DNA of 64,000 nucleotides from Phoronis australis (Eukaryota > Animalia > Phoronida): NCBI GenBank assembly GCA_002633005.1, contig NMRA01000112.1, forward strand, positions 1 to 64,000. The letters run 5' to 3'. This document shows positions 1 to 14,232 of the stretch, piece by piece. Every line of letters starts with the position of its first letter. Position 1 is the first letter of the stretch. Below the pieces are notes generated by a model. That model saw only the letters and a list, made by a program, of their open reading frames with translations, ran no database searches and was not told the origin of the DNA. Position numbers and translations under genes: made by a program.

Positions 1-34
1 CGTTGCCGTTGCCGTTGCCGTAGCGCATTTACAG

Positions 35-964
35 GGTTTTGGCGAGAATCACATCGCCAGTCAACCACATGCATCCTTTTTAGCATTATGTACAAGGGTC
101 ATTGTTTTGTTGGAACTCGATGGAATCATGGGTAGGAAGTGGACAACAAAGTTGATTGCAGAAATATTTTCCGTAAATGTAAGACAACAGCATCAAATTT
201 GGGCAATGTAAAACTCACGCCTAAAATAAGGCATAGTGATAGTTTTAGTATTAGTTAACGTTTGTTCTATTTCAAAAGAAAAACCCTATTACTGCACGAC
301 TGCGTGTTGTATAGAGACAGTGACTCACTCGACAATGTACGTATTTTAGAAGGAATCGTGATATCGGATTGATTCGTACTACAGGCAGACTTCAAAATAG
401 GTTAGTACGTTGCTGTGTCCGTTGGCCTATATCCTGCTATGTATATTAAGCAATGTCATGGCTGTTCCGTGGATCTTTTTGATAACTGTGTACAGAAACG
501 TGTTATTGATGTCGTCCAGTGGAATATCCTTCTTGTGACATTTATTTAGTAACCAACGCACATTTCGAAGGTTTTGACGGCAATCACCTCGTGTTGAACC
601 CAGAACGTCCAGTCCACCACATGCATGCTTTGTTCCAACATAAACAGAGGCGACTGCTGGGTTGATACTCGATAGAAACATGTGGGTATGATGGGATAAG
701 ATAATTTTTATTGCAGATATATTTTGAGTAAATGTAAACAGCATCAAAATTTGACCGTGTAAAACTCGCGCTTAAAATTAACATTGGGATAGATTGAACA
801 AAAGTTAACCATTACTAACACTATTTTAAAATAAAAACCCTATTACAAACTGCACGATCACGTTTGCGGAATGTAGAAGGAAACTTGAGATCGGATTCAT
901 TCATACCACAGGCAATGACATTGGAAAATTCATTCGGGTGACATCAAAACAGGTAAATACGTTG
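35..964. repeat. Diverged direct duplication (~35-414 vs ~570-964)
   Basis: Shared blocks in the same order: ccacatgcat, gcaga(a/t)atatttt, acagcatcaaa, tgtaaaactc, aaaaaccctatta, agaaggaa...atcggatt, tacgttg. Confidence 0.7.
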
Positions 965-3900
965 TCTTAGGGTCGATTTACAATAATGAGCCTCAAAGCA
1001 GTACACAGAGTACCTTCAAATTTATAAAAAAACGTTATTAAACGCTTGAAAACATAAAGATATGAGATATTGAACATGTCCAAATTCCACCAGTCGACGC
1101 GTGCTATGCATTGGAACACAGAAAGAGATAAGCATCTGATTCTTGACAGGGAGACTACACATATGGTATTTTCTAATTACTCAGAAGGCTTGAACATATA
1201 GTTTTCTCCGTTACCGTGAGATGTCACAGTCATCCATAATATGGTATCACCAAATCTTCCATCTATTGCACAGCCTTTAAAGAAGTACCTAACAATTAAC
1301 TTTTAAAACACATGCATAACAGTACCCCCTTGATAGTGATAATCAAGTTCATGTGGTAAACCATAATGTCCACTTACTGCAAGAAGTTTAAAAAGACCGT
1401 CAACTGAGAGCAAGAACAGAACAAGATCATGGTAATACATATCATGATTGATACATGCAGGAGATACTACAAAGACGATTAAATATTCATTCAAAAGTGA
1501 TCTAAGTCCATCCATGTCCTGTTTGAAACTACTTCATCGAAGAGCCAAAACCTCTCGAAAGGATCCAAAAAGTTTGGCAATGGTCAGTGAACTGATGCTT
1601 TTATTTACATTTTTAGTTTCCTGGTACTAAAAGTGTGCTGCTCCCCTGTCAATGACTTTGCATCACTAATTTCCAGTCTCATAGATTGTCGAACTAACTA
1701 GCATTCCTTTCAGTTGGATTTGTGAACCTTTGGCTTGACAGGACCTTTTCAAAAAATTCTTATGTGTTGTATTATAGGCGTTATAACACTTGAGAACCTT
1801 CAGAGTATCGAGCTGTGTCTTGTGTATACTAATGCAGTATGAAACCTAAGCAACGTTACTTTACTTCTTCCGTTTTGGATATCCGTAGGTCTCAACGCAT
1901 CGTGATTATGGGCACAGCGTGTAAACTGATAAAAACGTGTATTAATAAAATTTACAAACAGTCTACAAATCAATTGTTTTCAATACTGCTTCTGCTTGTG
2001 AAATCTGAAAAGGAATTCAATTAACACCATTCATCATGCATTTTGAAGTCTTGATCGTAATTTGGGTTCAGTCATGCCGTTGTTTTAGTATGTTAAGGCT
2101 TGTATTAGTGTGTTAGTGCAATTGTCAGTCTGGATTAGAAACAGCGCTAGCGTCTACACAATTGTACCACGAAGACCTGCAACAAATGTCTAGTGCAATA
2201 GATTTGATGGACGTATAGAGATCTATTCATTTGAAGTACATGTGCGACAAATCACATCCAAACACTAATACTTGAGTACAACCCAGAGTACAACAAAACT
2301 ACAGTCAACCCTTAAGAACTATTACAATAATCTGGAATCCACACATTTGTCACCGGTGGAGAGCTGTAAATGCAAGACCCAAATGTTATCAATAACATAA
2401 TTTAATCAGCACTATCGTCCTTCATGTATCTGGAAGGACAGAATCTCACAGCGTGCGCTCTCACGGAAGTGCAACTTACGGGTATTTTTTACCTTACCGT
2501 CTCCGGTTTTATTTTGTGTCGGTTATCGGCGACATCATAGGTTCTCTTCCAGTGGTAGCGAGGTCAGGGTACTGCTTGTTCAGGTCCTGTATGATCCTAA
2601 AAAAGTCTCTATATTTCTCTCTCAGTTTGAATATTTAAATTCATCTCAGAAATAGCTGTTTACATTTATGTAAAACATTGAAATACCAATATTTAAACGT
2701 AGTTCACAAAACGAAAATGAAGTGATCATATTTTAGAACATGAAGAGTATTTCCTGGATCACTTCTGGAAAATTTAGCATTTAAAAAATTCGACCTTGTT
2801 ATTGTGACCGCTGTTTTACTATCAATGAGTTCTGTCTTTTGCTAAATACTGTGATTTTTGAGAGAATGTGATCTGAAACCAGGTGAGAAAGAGTGTAAAT
2901 GAAAAAAGAGATGCCTGAATGACTGGCGAGTAGATGTTTCACTTTACTTTTCTATGCTAAACAAACTCGCATGCAGTCGAAACAAGTAACTTCCAGGAGA
3001 TTTACAGCTTAGCAGCACCACACCTTTTGTCTCTGATGTCATTAGTGTTAGTAGTACTGCAGCACGTTTCGTACCATGTCACTGTTCTCAGCGTCAGATC
3101 CTGCATGCTCATGGTATATTAGTCAGCCAAAGTTCAGTGGATCGACGAAAGGACAAGTCGCTAAAAATCTACAATGAGGTTAAAAGGAAATCAGCACGTC
3201 CGAAATAGTAAAACCTATATGTCCTCAAATGAAAACTAGAAATGAGGAAAGGTATGACCTAAGGTATAGATTCACGGTTTTTAAGTCTTCAAATTCGAAG
3301 ATCAACACAAGTCCTAAACCCCAATAGTTCGAAAGCTAAAAGTTCAAACTTTCATGACACGAGGTTCTGAACGGCGACTTCGAGCAAAATATTAGGTAAT
3401 TTGGAAGCACATGCCTGTTTGACACTAGGTCTTCGAAGAGCCTGTGCCTCTGGAAAGGAGGCACACAAAGTGGTTACCTCCATTTAAGTTTTGCTGTTCC
3501 GCTGCTGTTGAGGTTTCTGGTATCATAGATCTTGAAACCAGTTTTGATCTAACTAGCTTTCTTTACTGTCGGAGTTGTGAACACTTGGCCAAATAGGGTC
3601 TTTTTAAAAACATTTCATTTTCCGTATCATTGGGTGTCAGCACTTGAGAACCTTCAGAGTGCCGGGCTGCATCCAAAATATATAGTGGAAACAACGTTAG
3701 TTCACCTACATAATTTTCGTCTTAAATCCTTCGTCATCCGTTTTGGTTATCCGAGGTTAACAGCGTATCGTTGAGGTACGGTTATTACCGCGTAAATAGA
3801 CAAAAACCTGTATTAATGAACTTTTTAAACAATCGACAAATCAACAGTTTTCAATTTGCCACTCGGAGATCAATTGAAAAATCCTTGTCTCTACGCCGAC

Positions 3901-5337
3901 AGAAATCGGTCACGGGAACCATTGTTCATCTTTATCTGGTTGTGGCATCTCCAGAGGAATTCAAATAACACCATTCAGCACGTATTTTGTGACCTTGAAC
4001 GTCCTTTGGATTAATTCATGCCGTCTTTCCTGGTAAGTTATTGAGGGCAATTGTTTGCGGGATTAGAAAGTGCGTTAGCGTCAACGCGAAAACACAAGCA
4101 AGAAAAATAACAAACGTCTAGTCCAAGCGAATTATAAATACAATCGAAAAATGGGCAGATCTATTCATTAGAGAAAATGTGCGTCATCACGCCCCAAGCA
4201 TTAATACAGGAGTATAACCAAGGGTACAACTAAAATGCAGTCAACACTTGAAGTCTATTACAACGAAATGAACCCCAAACAGTTGCACCAGGTGAAGACC
4301 AAAGTGTTTTCAATAATGACAGTTACCCCTATCGTGCTTCATGCATCGGGTAAGACAGCACCTCACGGCATGTGGCCTGACGCAAGAGGCAACTTCCGAG
4401 CTTCTGTTACCTTTTTGACTCTGGCGTCTTTTTGTGTTTGTGGCTCAGCGACATGTTTGGTTTGTTGCCAGTGGTGGATCCTGCTTGTTCAGATCCTGCA
4501 TGACCTTAAAAGAAGTGTTAAGAACATTTCTCAGAAATAGCTCTTCAGATTTATGTGAAACATTGAAATACTATTATTTAAACGTCGTTCACAAAACGAA
4601 AATGAAATGATCATATTTTAGATTATTAACAGTGTTTCTGATACCACTTCTGAAATATTTTTATCAAATGAAATTCGATATTGTTATTGACACCGTTGTT
4701 TTACTAATAATGTGCTTTTCTCTTTTGCTAAATTTTGCAGTTTTTGAGAGATTGTGCCCTGGAACCAGGTATGAAACAGTGTACATGAATAAAGACGGTG
4801 CCTGAATAAGTAGCGAATAGAATTTTCACTTCATTTTCCGAATCAAACAAGTTGCACATAGGAGTACACACGTCCAAGACGTTTACAGATGAACTGCACC
4901 ACACCGTTTGACTCTGATGTCTTTCGTCATAGTGCTCCTGCAGCACATTTGATATATTTTCACTGCTGGCAATTTCAGTTATCACACGTGGATGGTATAT
5001 TAGTCAGCCAACGTCCGGTTGTTGGACACTGGGACAAGTCGCTAAAATGATCCCCTTGAAAGTGATAAAGCAATACGACCTGAATTGAAATCTACAAGTG
5101 GAAAGGTGTTTGCCGAAGGCATGAAATCACGGTATTCCTCGGTTTCAAGGTTAGCTAGACCAAGAATCCATAAATCTTAATATCCACTGAAGTCCGAAAG
5201 CTTGTCATTTTCAAAAGTAAACGTTCGATCTTTCAGGACACGAGGTTCTGGAAAGTGATTTCGTGAAACATTTTGGAGTTAGTTTCTATACACGTGCCGT
5301 TTGAAACTAGTGATTCGAAGAGCCACTGCTCCTCAAT

Positions 5338-8300
5338 TAGTCGGTGGGCCAGATTTTGTAGGGCCTCTAGAAAATGGTTTTTGTGAGAACTTTAGGGGGG
5401 CAATTTTATTTTGGTGTTTTTTAGTTCATTTATTAGAGTATTTTCAAAATCTAAAAAGTTCCCACATATAAAGTTGCACATTTTTGAGAAATTTGAGTTT
5501 GAAGTTACCTAATAATCACCAAAGAGCTTAGTAAACTTATATTTGTAAAAACAACAGTTTTGGTGACTTTTTTGTAAAACAAGTAATATGGTCCCATCAG
5601 TGCCATTGTATTGAACAATATTACACTCACATTACATGTTTTACTATTGTAAATTAATTGTAAACAGTGAAATTTAAAAAACGCAAAGAGACACCTAGTG
5701 GCAAAAATACAAACTAAGTCTGAATGTTACTAGGAAGTTATTCTGGCATTGTCAGGCAACAAAAATAACACAAAACACTTGAGACTGGGCAAAATTTGTG
5801 CCTCAATGACTAAAACATTGACTAATGGTGTAAAATACAGCTTGTTTGCATAATACACCAGAAATATGTTATAGTACAAAAACAATATAGTTGAATGATC
5901 TCTGTGAATGTGCACAAAGACTGTATTAAAATAGATTATTCTGACAGCGTTTATTAAGCAGTATGAGACAAATACATGACAATGATCAAAGTATGTACTT
6001 TCTATGACTTAATCAACAAATAAAATTAACTTTTTAATACAAAAAAGGAAATAACGGGGTTGGAGGTCTATTTAGGGTTGGCCTGTCAAAGAACTATCCA
6101 ATGTTATGCAGTCAGTGTTGCTGATGTTACTACAGTTGTCACAGCTGCACATTTCTGTACAGTTTGACCCAGCATTGCAGCACAAACTCAGTTTCCCAGC
6201 ACACATGTTCTTTTTGCACTTGCAGCGTTCATCGTTTAGTACTGTCAATGGAGATGCGGTCATTGCCATACATATTAACTGCAAAGCTCCACCGCCAAGG
6301 AGCCAACTATGGTCGATTAGAGAGGGTACAGCACTGCACACTGGTGATTAGCCCGCAGGCAATGAAGGGTCAAACACTAAGTTCTTGTTTGGAGGCGGGC
6401 ACTATTTGGGCAAACGTTTGATTCAAAATATGTTACAATGGGCTGTGTTAATTAGAGTCAGCAAGTGAATTATTGAACACTAGCCTCAATTCACTTTCGT
6501 ATCTCTTAGTCAGGCACAAACTACAACAGTGAGTAGCTTCAACAATATTTCTTAAGATTGCCTGTCCAAATAACTTCATGCACACCAGCTTTCTGAAGAA
6601 CAGCTTCAAAGTCTTGCTTTATTTTTGAAAGGCAAATGACATCTCCATGTGCTAGAAGCTTTGATTCAATGAACTCCAAACAAAACTGTAGAAAAACATC
6701 TCTGAAAACTGGGGATTCGTCACTCTCCACAATCTTTGTCTTTCTCTTTTTTACAGCATGATGATCTGTGGTACTTGGCTTCTAAGACACAAGGTCTTTA
6801 TCTTTGAATTTCATTTGCATATTCAGGGCTCTGGACTGAGCTGTTGCTTGCGATACAAGTCCAACTGAAAAAAACCCGAACTGTTAACACTAATTTAACA
6901 TTCAACTATGAGTGAGTTGGCATGCAACTTTTTCAGACGGACGTATCAGGAGCTGATCCACCACCAGCCTAACAAATTTACATGCCGTTTGATCTGTAGC
7001 CTAATAATGTTGATCGTCTAATAATTAGATCAGTAGATGCAGCTGAAAATAAATCAGCTGATATACCTGTGCAGTGATTGAAATTTAATTTTTTTAAATC
7101 AGATGCTCAAACCATAGTCAATCGATTTACACTTAAGGTAATCGACGTTTGACGAAATGGACAGTGGCTTCCATCGTCCTCAAATTTCGACGGCGACGAT
7201 GGCCACTTAGGCACTTTAATTTAATTATCATTGCAGCTGCTACCTAAGTAATTAATGTTTACAAAAAATTGAGACTACGGCAGGGGATGACGGCCACTTG
7301 GGCATGTTGTTTGCAACTATCTACTCCATTTAACCTTCTCAAAAGTTTTAGACTTAAAGTGCTTTAAAATCACACCCACAGTATAACGCCATAGGATTAT
7401 CCCTTAGCGCAAGCAGTGTCGATGTGGCAACTGAATGGAGTGTTCGAAAAACAGGATTGCAGGAGTATTTGTTTAAACTGGGAACAAATGAAAACATTAA
7501 CGACCTCCTCAGAGGCATCTCTCTACGCGGTACTTCTAAACTTATAGGAACATAATTTGCCGAAAAGTATCCGGCATATGAAGTACCTATAGTATGATCA
7601 TCGTCTCTACTGGGTCAGCAGTATTGTCTAAGGCCTAGGCAGTCAAGGGGCTGAACAAGTTAAAAAACAACTGGTGATAATACTGAATCACACGTGGAAA
7701 ACACCAAAATGTATTTTTAAAAAACACGTACCTGTTTTTGAAAGCTATACTTCTTTCTCTTTCTTGAAATGTGGCCCATAATGTACTTTTCCTGCTAACA
7801 AATGATGCACTCATGTTTCAGAATGTTCCTATCTTGTTCAGGTTAATTGGGTGTTTCAGATTTTGGAAGTGATTGATTTTCTTGGGAAATCTTGGATAAC
7901 ATCTGTATCACTTTCAGCAACTTCAGCTTTAGTACTACTGTTGGTGCCTTGAAACGTTGCTATGCCGTTCTATGTCCTTTCAATTTTCTGGTCTGACACT
8001 TGGTATTCTAGTCTATAGCACTCAGCAGTATACTGTGTAGGCTACCAGGGCATGCAGCTGTTTTCTGCACAAACGTTTGTGACACCTCTTCTTCTTTTTG
8101 ATCTACTGATCTACAGAGTTCCACAGTCAATCAGCTTTCGTCAGGAAGCTTTCCTAAGCTTCTTTAGGCTCTGACATCACAATTTTGTGCTGTTTGATAA
8201 ACCTTGAATTATACAGACATCACATTCCATGGGAGCAGCCATATTGAAGTAACTAAGCACAACAATACAATCTGGCTCTCTGATTGGTCAATTCACTAGA

Positions 8301-8500
8301 AAAGCGCCATCATGTGGCAGGAATGTGCATCATATTTTGTGCAACAAAAACACCTTTTTTTAGAAAAATGTGCAAGTGTAGACGTGAGAACTTTTTGGAA
8401 TTTGATTTATAGGTATATTATCTAGCCACATAGAAAAAACTAGGTTGCCCCCCCAAAGTACTCACAAGGATGAACGCTATGAGATCTGGCCCACCGACTA
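5338..8500 (-). mobile_element. Academ-superfamily DNA transposon, internally deleted and degenerate
   Basis: Perfect 17-bp TIR TAGTCGGTGGGCCAGAT/ATCTGGCCCACCGACTA, extended imperfectly to ~150 bp. 3-bp TSD AAT (5335-5337, 8501-8503). TAG...CTA termini. Minus-strand remnant 6072-6341 has a Cys-rich C-terminus (CKCKKNMC...CC...CTEMCSCDNCSN) like the Cys8 finger of Academ proteins. The flanks rejoin into the host tandem unit. Confidence 0.85.
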
Positions 8501-10964
8501 AATGGGATCCAAACAAATTTTGTCAATGCTCATTGAGCTGCTACATTTAGTTACATTATCAAAATTTGGAATACAGCCAGTAAAAGTTTGCTGCTCTGTT
8601 GTCAGACCTCGTCAATAGTTTCAACTAGACCTTCTTTTTGTTGGATTTGTGAACCTTCGGACTCAAGGTCCCTTTGGAAACGTTTTCATTTGTCGCATAA
8701 TTTGCCTTCTAACCTTTACACCTTCGGAGTATAGAGCTCTATCCTATTTATACCAATGCATTATGCAATATTAGACTTCCTCCTTAGCTTTAGTATTCGC
8801 TTGTGAATTTTCTCCTTCCATGCTTCTTCTTCCGTTTTGGTTATCCGTGGGTTGCAGCGTATCGCTGTTGCGTGGATATGGCGAGTCAATAGACAAAAAA
8901 CATGTATTAACAAAATTTTTGTGACCTTTTACGTTATTTGGATTTATTCATGCTTTCTTTCTGGGTACGTTTGGGCTTGTGTCAGTAGGTTAGTGTAACT
9001 GTTAGTCGGGATTCCAAAAAGCATTAGCAAGACAATTAACAAACTTGTGGTGCAAGCGAATGGTGATAGATTTGGAGGATGGAGAGGTGTATCCATTTAA
9101 ATTACTTGTGCGTCTTCACGAACCAAACACTAAAACCTGAGTACAACCCAGAGTACAAGTAAAATACAGCCAAAACTTAAAATATTTTACGACGCGACCC
9201 GGACACCACACAATTGTCATACGTGGAGAACTGTAACTGCAAGTGCCACCCAGACTAAAATACTATAAATAACAAAAGCTATTCACCACTGTCGTCTTTC
9301 ATGAATCGGTAAGACAGCAACTCATGGCGCGCGCCCTCACGGAAGAAGCTGCTTGCGAGACGATTTTACCTTTTCCACTCTGGTGTTATTTTGTGTTCGT
9401 GGTTCAGCAACATCTTTGGTTCACTGCCAGTGGTGGCAAGGCCATGGTCTTTGTTGTTCGAAGCCTGTAAAACCCTAGAAAAGAACGTCTACATTTCTCT
9501 AACGTTTGTATCTCAGAAATGACAGTTCACATTGATGTAAAACTTTCAAATACTATGATTTAAACACCGTTCAGAAAACGAAAATGATATTTTACAACTT
9601 TAACAGAGTTCTGAGATGACTTCTGGAACATCTTCATTAAATTAAATTCGATCTTGTTATTGATACCATTGTTTTGTCATTAATGTGCTTTTTGTCCTAA
9701 GCTAAATTTTACGGTTTTTGAGAAATAATTTATTGTGTCCTGAAACCAGGTGTGAATTGATGGGTCCTAGAATGCACATACTGTCAAAGCATGTAACTTC
9801 CAGGATGTTTACAGCTTAATGGCACCATACATTTTGGCTATGGTGTCATTCGTGTAAGTGGTCCTTGGGTTTCATCCCACTGTTCGCGACATCAAATCCC
9901 GCAGGCCGCATGCTAGTGGTATATTAGTCAGTCCAATGGTTCGAAGAAATTTGGCGAAGTCTCTAAAAACCTACAATAAAATTCAAACGAAGTCAACCCC
10001 TTGGAGGCAATGAAATCGTATGATCTGAATTGAAATCTACGAGTGAGAAAGAGTGTGAGAAGAAGGTATGAATTCAAGGTATTCATTGGTCTGAAAGCTT
10101 AAACGTCCAAAAATCTATGAATTCGAAGGTCCGCACTAGTACGAAGCTAAAAGTTAGTATCAAGATTTTGAAAAGTTGTTTGGAGAAGAATGTTCGGGTA
10201 CTTATATGCACGTGCCTATTTGAAACTACTTTATGGAACCCTGATAGCCTGTCGGAAGGATCAAACCAATATTCGACAATGTGCAAAAATGTTGCATTTA
10301 TTTACATTTTCAAATATTTGTTTAGGAGGCACAGAATAGTTCTCACATCACTTGATTTGTGACCTTTTCTTCACTCTGTCAAAAACAGGATGCAAAGAAT
10401 GACATGTTTTCAATTACTTCACATAAAAACCCCTGCAGATGAGCACAGAAACTTTATTCTCTCTTGTATTTTTGACCATTTCATTCCCACTGAAAACCAA
10501 ACTAGACTAAGAAAAATAAGGGCAAAAAATGCAAACTCGGCACATTTCACCCCAAAAACACCACTTCCCTGCCGATGCACGACTAAAGCCAACATTAGAG
10601 TCTGAAAGCAAATTTCCTACCTGAATAACCGGCTTCTGGTTTCGTGGCCTTATTTCGGACAAACTAACTTTCTTGTCTGTCGGAATCGTGAACCTTGCGC
10701 CTAATAGGGCATTTTTAAAAACAGTTTCATTTCTCGTGTTATGGGTGTTTGGACTTGAGAGCAATCAAAGTATCGAACTGCAGTTATTTATATTCATGCA
10801 GAATGAAACGCAACCAACGTTAGTTTACCTTCATAATTTTCATTCTAAATCTTTCTCCTGTTTTGGTTATCGGTGGGTCGCAGCACATCTTTGGGGTATG
10901 TGTATGGCTTGTAAATAGAGAAAAACGTGTATTTTACAAACAACCGACAAAATCAAATTTTTCA

Positions 10965-11879
10965 ATTTGCCACCAAGAAGCGCCACAGTAGTCAATTTCG
11001 TCGGAACAAGACCGTCGGCTGACCTTTTTACAGTAAAAACATGTACGCCAATTTTCAAAATCATCCATAGAGTGGTTTGGTTGACAGAGGGGCGGACTAC
11101 AAAAAGACTCAAAAACAGTAAAAAATAGCCGCTAGGTGCCGCAAAATACTCCCAATACATCCGGAAATGAAAGATAGGCACCATTTCACTAATATATGCC
11201 TATCTGCCAAATTTTATGAAAATCCGTCAAAGAACCTTTGAATATACAGACTTCAGGTAAACTTAATAAGACTTAAATTGCCATTAGGAGGCACACCGGT
11301 AGTCCAATCCGTCCTGAAATCGTTGTCATCCGTTGTCAACTTAATATAAAGATACTTGCTAAATTTAATAAAGATCTTGCAGAGCCATGGGCTGGGCGCA
11401 AAATCGAAGGAAAATGCCACTAGGAGGTGTCACGTAGTCGAAGTCGTCGGAAAGCCGTAGTCAGCTGCCTTTTTCACAGTAAGAACATATATGCCAATTT
11501 TCACACTCATCCTTAAAGTGCTTTGATTGATGGAGGGGTAGGCGCCAAAAATATACTCGAGGGCAGTAAAATTTGCCATTAGGTGTCATCCGAAAACGAG
11601 AGGATAGCGTCATCTTATTGGCCCATGAGCCAAGTTTTATGAAAATCCGGTGACCTTTGAAGAAAAAGAGATAAACGAAAAAAATGCCACTGGTAGGCGG
11701 ATCCGTCCGAAATTCGTCGTCAACTGTCGTCAGCCTTATAGAAGCACATCTGCCAAATCTCAGCAAGATCCTGTGAGGATTTAAGAGATACAGCTGTGGA
11801 CGCCGTATCCCGGACGCCCGGACAACCGGGCAGGCAGAGATGACAAACACTCACATATGAATATGCGGGCGAATAAAAA
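10965..11879 (-). mobile_element. Truncated non-autonomous Helentron/DINE-1-like element with ~140-bp internal tandem subunits
   Basis: Same subunits (tgccactagg...cac...agtagtc, ccaattttca, aaaatccg) and the same cggac...gagatgac...cacatat...ataaaaa terminus as 14233-17985. Confidence 0.6.
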
Positions 11880-12493
11880 CGTCCACATTTCTCAAACTTT
11901 AAAGCTTCGTATCAGAAATAGTTGTTCAAATTTATGTAAAATTCAATTCTATGATATAAATACCTTTTGCAAAATGAAATGCTCATATTTTAGAGCACTA
12001 ACCGCATTTCACATCTGGATCATTTTCTTCAAATGAAATTCGGTCTTGTTGTTAATGCCGGTGCCATACTATCAATGTGCGCTTGTTTTTTGTGCTAAAT
12101 TCTAATGTTTTTGAGAAACTGTGCCCTGAAATCAGGTGTGAAACAGTGTACATCAATAAAGTCAGATGTCTGAATGACTGGCGACTAAATTTTTCATTTC
12201 GCTTTTCCAAATCAAAGAAGTGTCGGTCATATTTTGATGACTCACAGGAGTACAAACGTTTAGTTCTGGTTTAACGAAGGTCGCTGGTTATCTTTGGGGT
12301 ATGGGTATGGCGTGTAAATAGACGAAAACATACCTTTTGCCTCTGGTGTGATTCTTGTCAGAGGTCCTACAGAAATTGTGGTATACTGTCACTGTTCCCA
12401 ATATCAGATCTCGCATGTTGATGGTGTACTAGTCAGCTAATGTCAAATAGTTTGACGAAAGCCCAAGTATCTAAAAGACATAGAATAATGTTA

Positions 12494-12635
12494 TCAAATA
12501 GATGTTGAAATGCCGTGCAGTTACCGACGGATAAGAATATAAAATAGTAAAACTAAAACGACGAGCGTCGGTACTAAAATATATTAAAATATCCCCACGT
12601 TTCGAGCGATGAGCTCTTTGTCAAGGGTATGCTAC
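12494..12635 (-). mobile_element. Short Penelope-like retroelement fragment with hammerhead-like motif
   Basis: Insertion relative to other array units, flanked by a degenerate duplication agac..ta(g/c)aataatgtta. The minus strand reads CCCTTGACAAA-GAGC-TCATC-GCTC-GAAACGT at 12597-12627. Confidence 0.5.
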
Positions 12636-14232
12636 AGACTGTACAATAATGTTAAAAGGAAGTCAACCCCCTAAAAAATGAAATGATATGATCTGAACTG
12701 AAAATTTCAAGAAAAAAGTGTGGGACAAAATTATGAAATCGCGGTATTCATGACTCCAAAGGTTTGCAAGTAAACAAATCCATCAATTCAAATATTCTCG
12801 CAAGTCCGAGAGACCATTAGTTCGAAAGCTAAAAATTCGAAATTTCATGTTACGAGGTTCTGAACAGTGATTTCGAACAAAATGTTTGGAGATTTGTAAG
12901 CATGTGCCTCCCTGGAACCAATTCTTCCAAGAGCCAGTGCGTTGGTAAAGTATCCAAACAAAATTTGACAAAGTGCACTGAACTGTCGCTTTTACTAACA
13001 TTTTCAACTTTTGGAGTACAACCACTAAAATTTTGTTGTTCCTCTGTCGTTGAAGTTTGAATCACTGGCTTCTGGTCTCTTTAATTGTCCAACTGTTTTC
13101 GAACTAATTAAGCTTTTTGTCGAGTTTGTGAACCTGCGGCCCGATAGGGTTTTTTGTAAACATTTTTGTTTGTCGTATAATGTTCACAGATTTGAAAACC
13201 TTAAAGGTATTAAGCTTCACCCTATTTAATGCAGTATGAAACCCAAGCAACAATAGTTTACCTTCATAATTTTCGTCTGAAGAACTGCTTCGTCGGCTTT
13301 GGTTATTCGAGGATAGCAGCGTATTGCTGGGATATGGGTATTGCGTGTAAACACACCAAACGAGCATTGAAAAAACTTACAAACAATCGCCAAATCAACT
13401 GTTTTCAATTTCTCACACGCAGATCAATTGAAAATCCTTGTCCTTACTCCGCCAGTAATTGATACCGGGAACTACAGCCTAGCTCCATCCCGTTGTGGCA
13501 TCTGTAGAGGAATTCAAATAATGACATTCAGCATACATTTTGTGACTTCGAACGTCAGTTGGATTAATTGGTGATGTTTTAGGTTTGTTGGGACTGGTAT
13601 TAGCATTTAATTGGAACTGTTGGCGGGATTAGAATGTGTGTTTGCATCAACGTTAATGCACAAGCAAGAAAAGCAACAAACGTCTAGTCCAAGCGAATGA
13701 AACTACAATTGATAGATAGACAGATCTGCAGTCTTTCTATTGGAATAAATGAGCGTCATCACGGCCAAAGCATTGATATATGATGAGAATCCAAAGTATA
13801 GCTAACACTAGAAATGTATTTCAATGACCTGGACAGCACAGTGTTGTAACAGGTGGTGAACTGTAACTGCACGTGACAGCCAGTCCAAAATGTTATCAAT
13901 AACGAAAGTAACGCACCTCAGTCGTACCTTGTGTATCGGGTATGACAGCATCTCATGACGTACCCCCTCAAGAAAGAAGCAATTTCCTGGATTTTTTACT
14001 TTTCCTATTCTGGTGTCATTACATTGTGACGGTTCAGTGACATTTTTGTTCGCTGCCAGTGGTGGCAAGGACAGCGTCCTGCTACTTCGGATGATGCGTG
14101 GCCCTAGAAAGTGTCCACATTTCTCTAATTTTAAAGGTTGATATCTTAGAAATAGCAGTTCAGATTTTTGTAAAATCTCCCATGTTAATGGTATACTGGT
14201 AAGCCAGTAGTTTGACGAAAGAACAAGTCCCC

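Noticed and set aside
1180-1625. ~150-codon minus-strand frame with only two internal stops
   Set aside because: No recognisable motif or splice structure, and it partly overlaps the macro-repeat; cannot be supported as a gene.
3820-4030. TGA codons shared between array units in one minus-strand frame, suggesting TGA=Trp or selenocysteine
   Set aside because: The frame is not shown to be coding, other stop types and frameshifts are frequent, and CpG decay or ancestral pseudogenisation explains shared TGAs.
6072-6341. Cys-rich ORF resembling metallothionein or tesmin
   Set aside because: It lies inside TIR/TSD-bounded DNA and fits the C-terminal Cys finger of an Academ protein; not a host gene.
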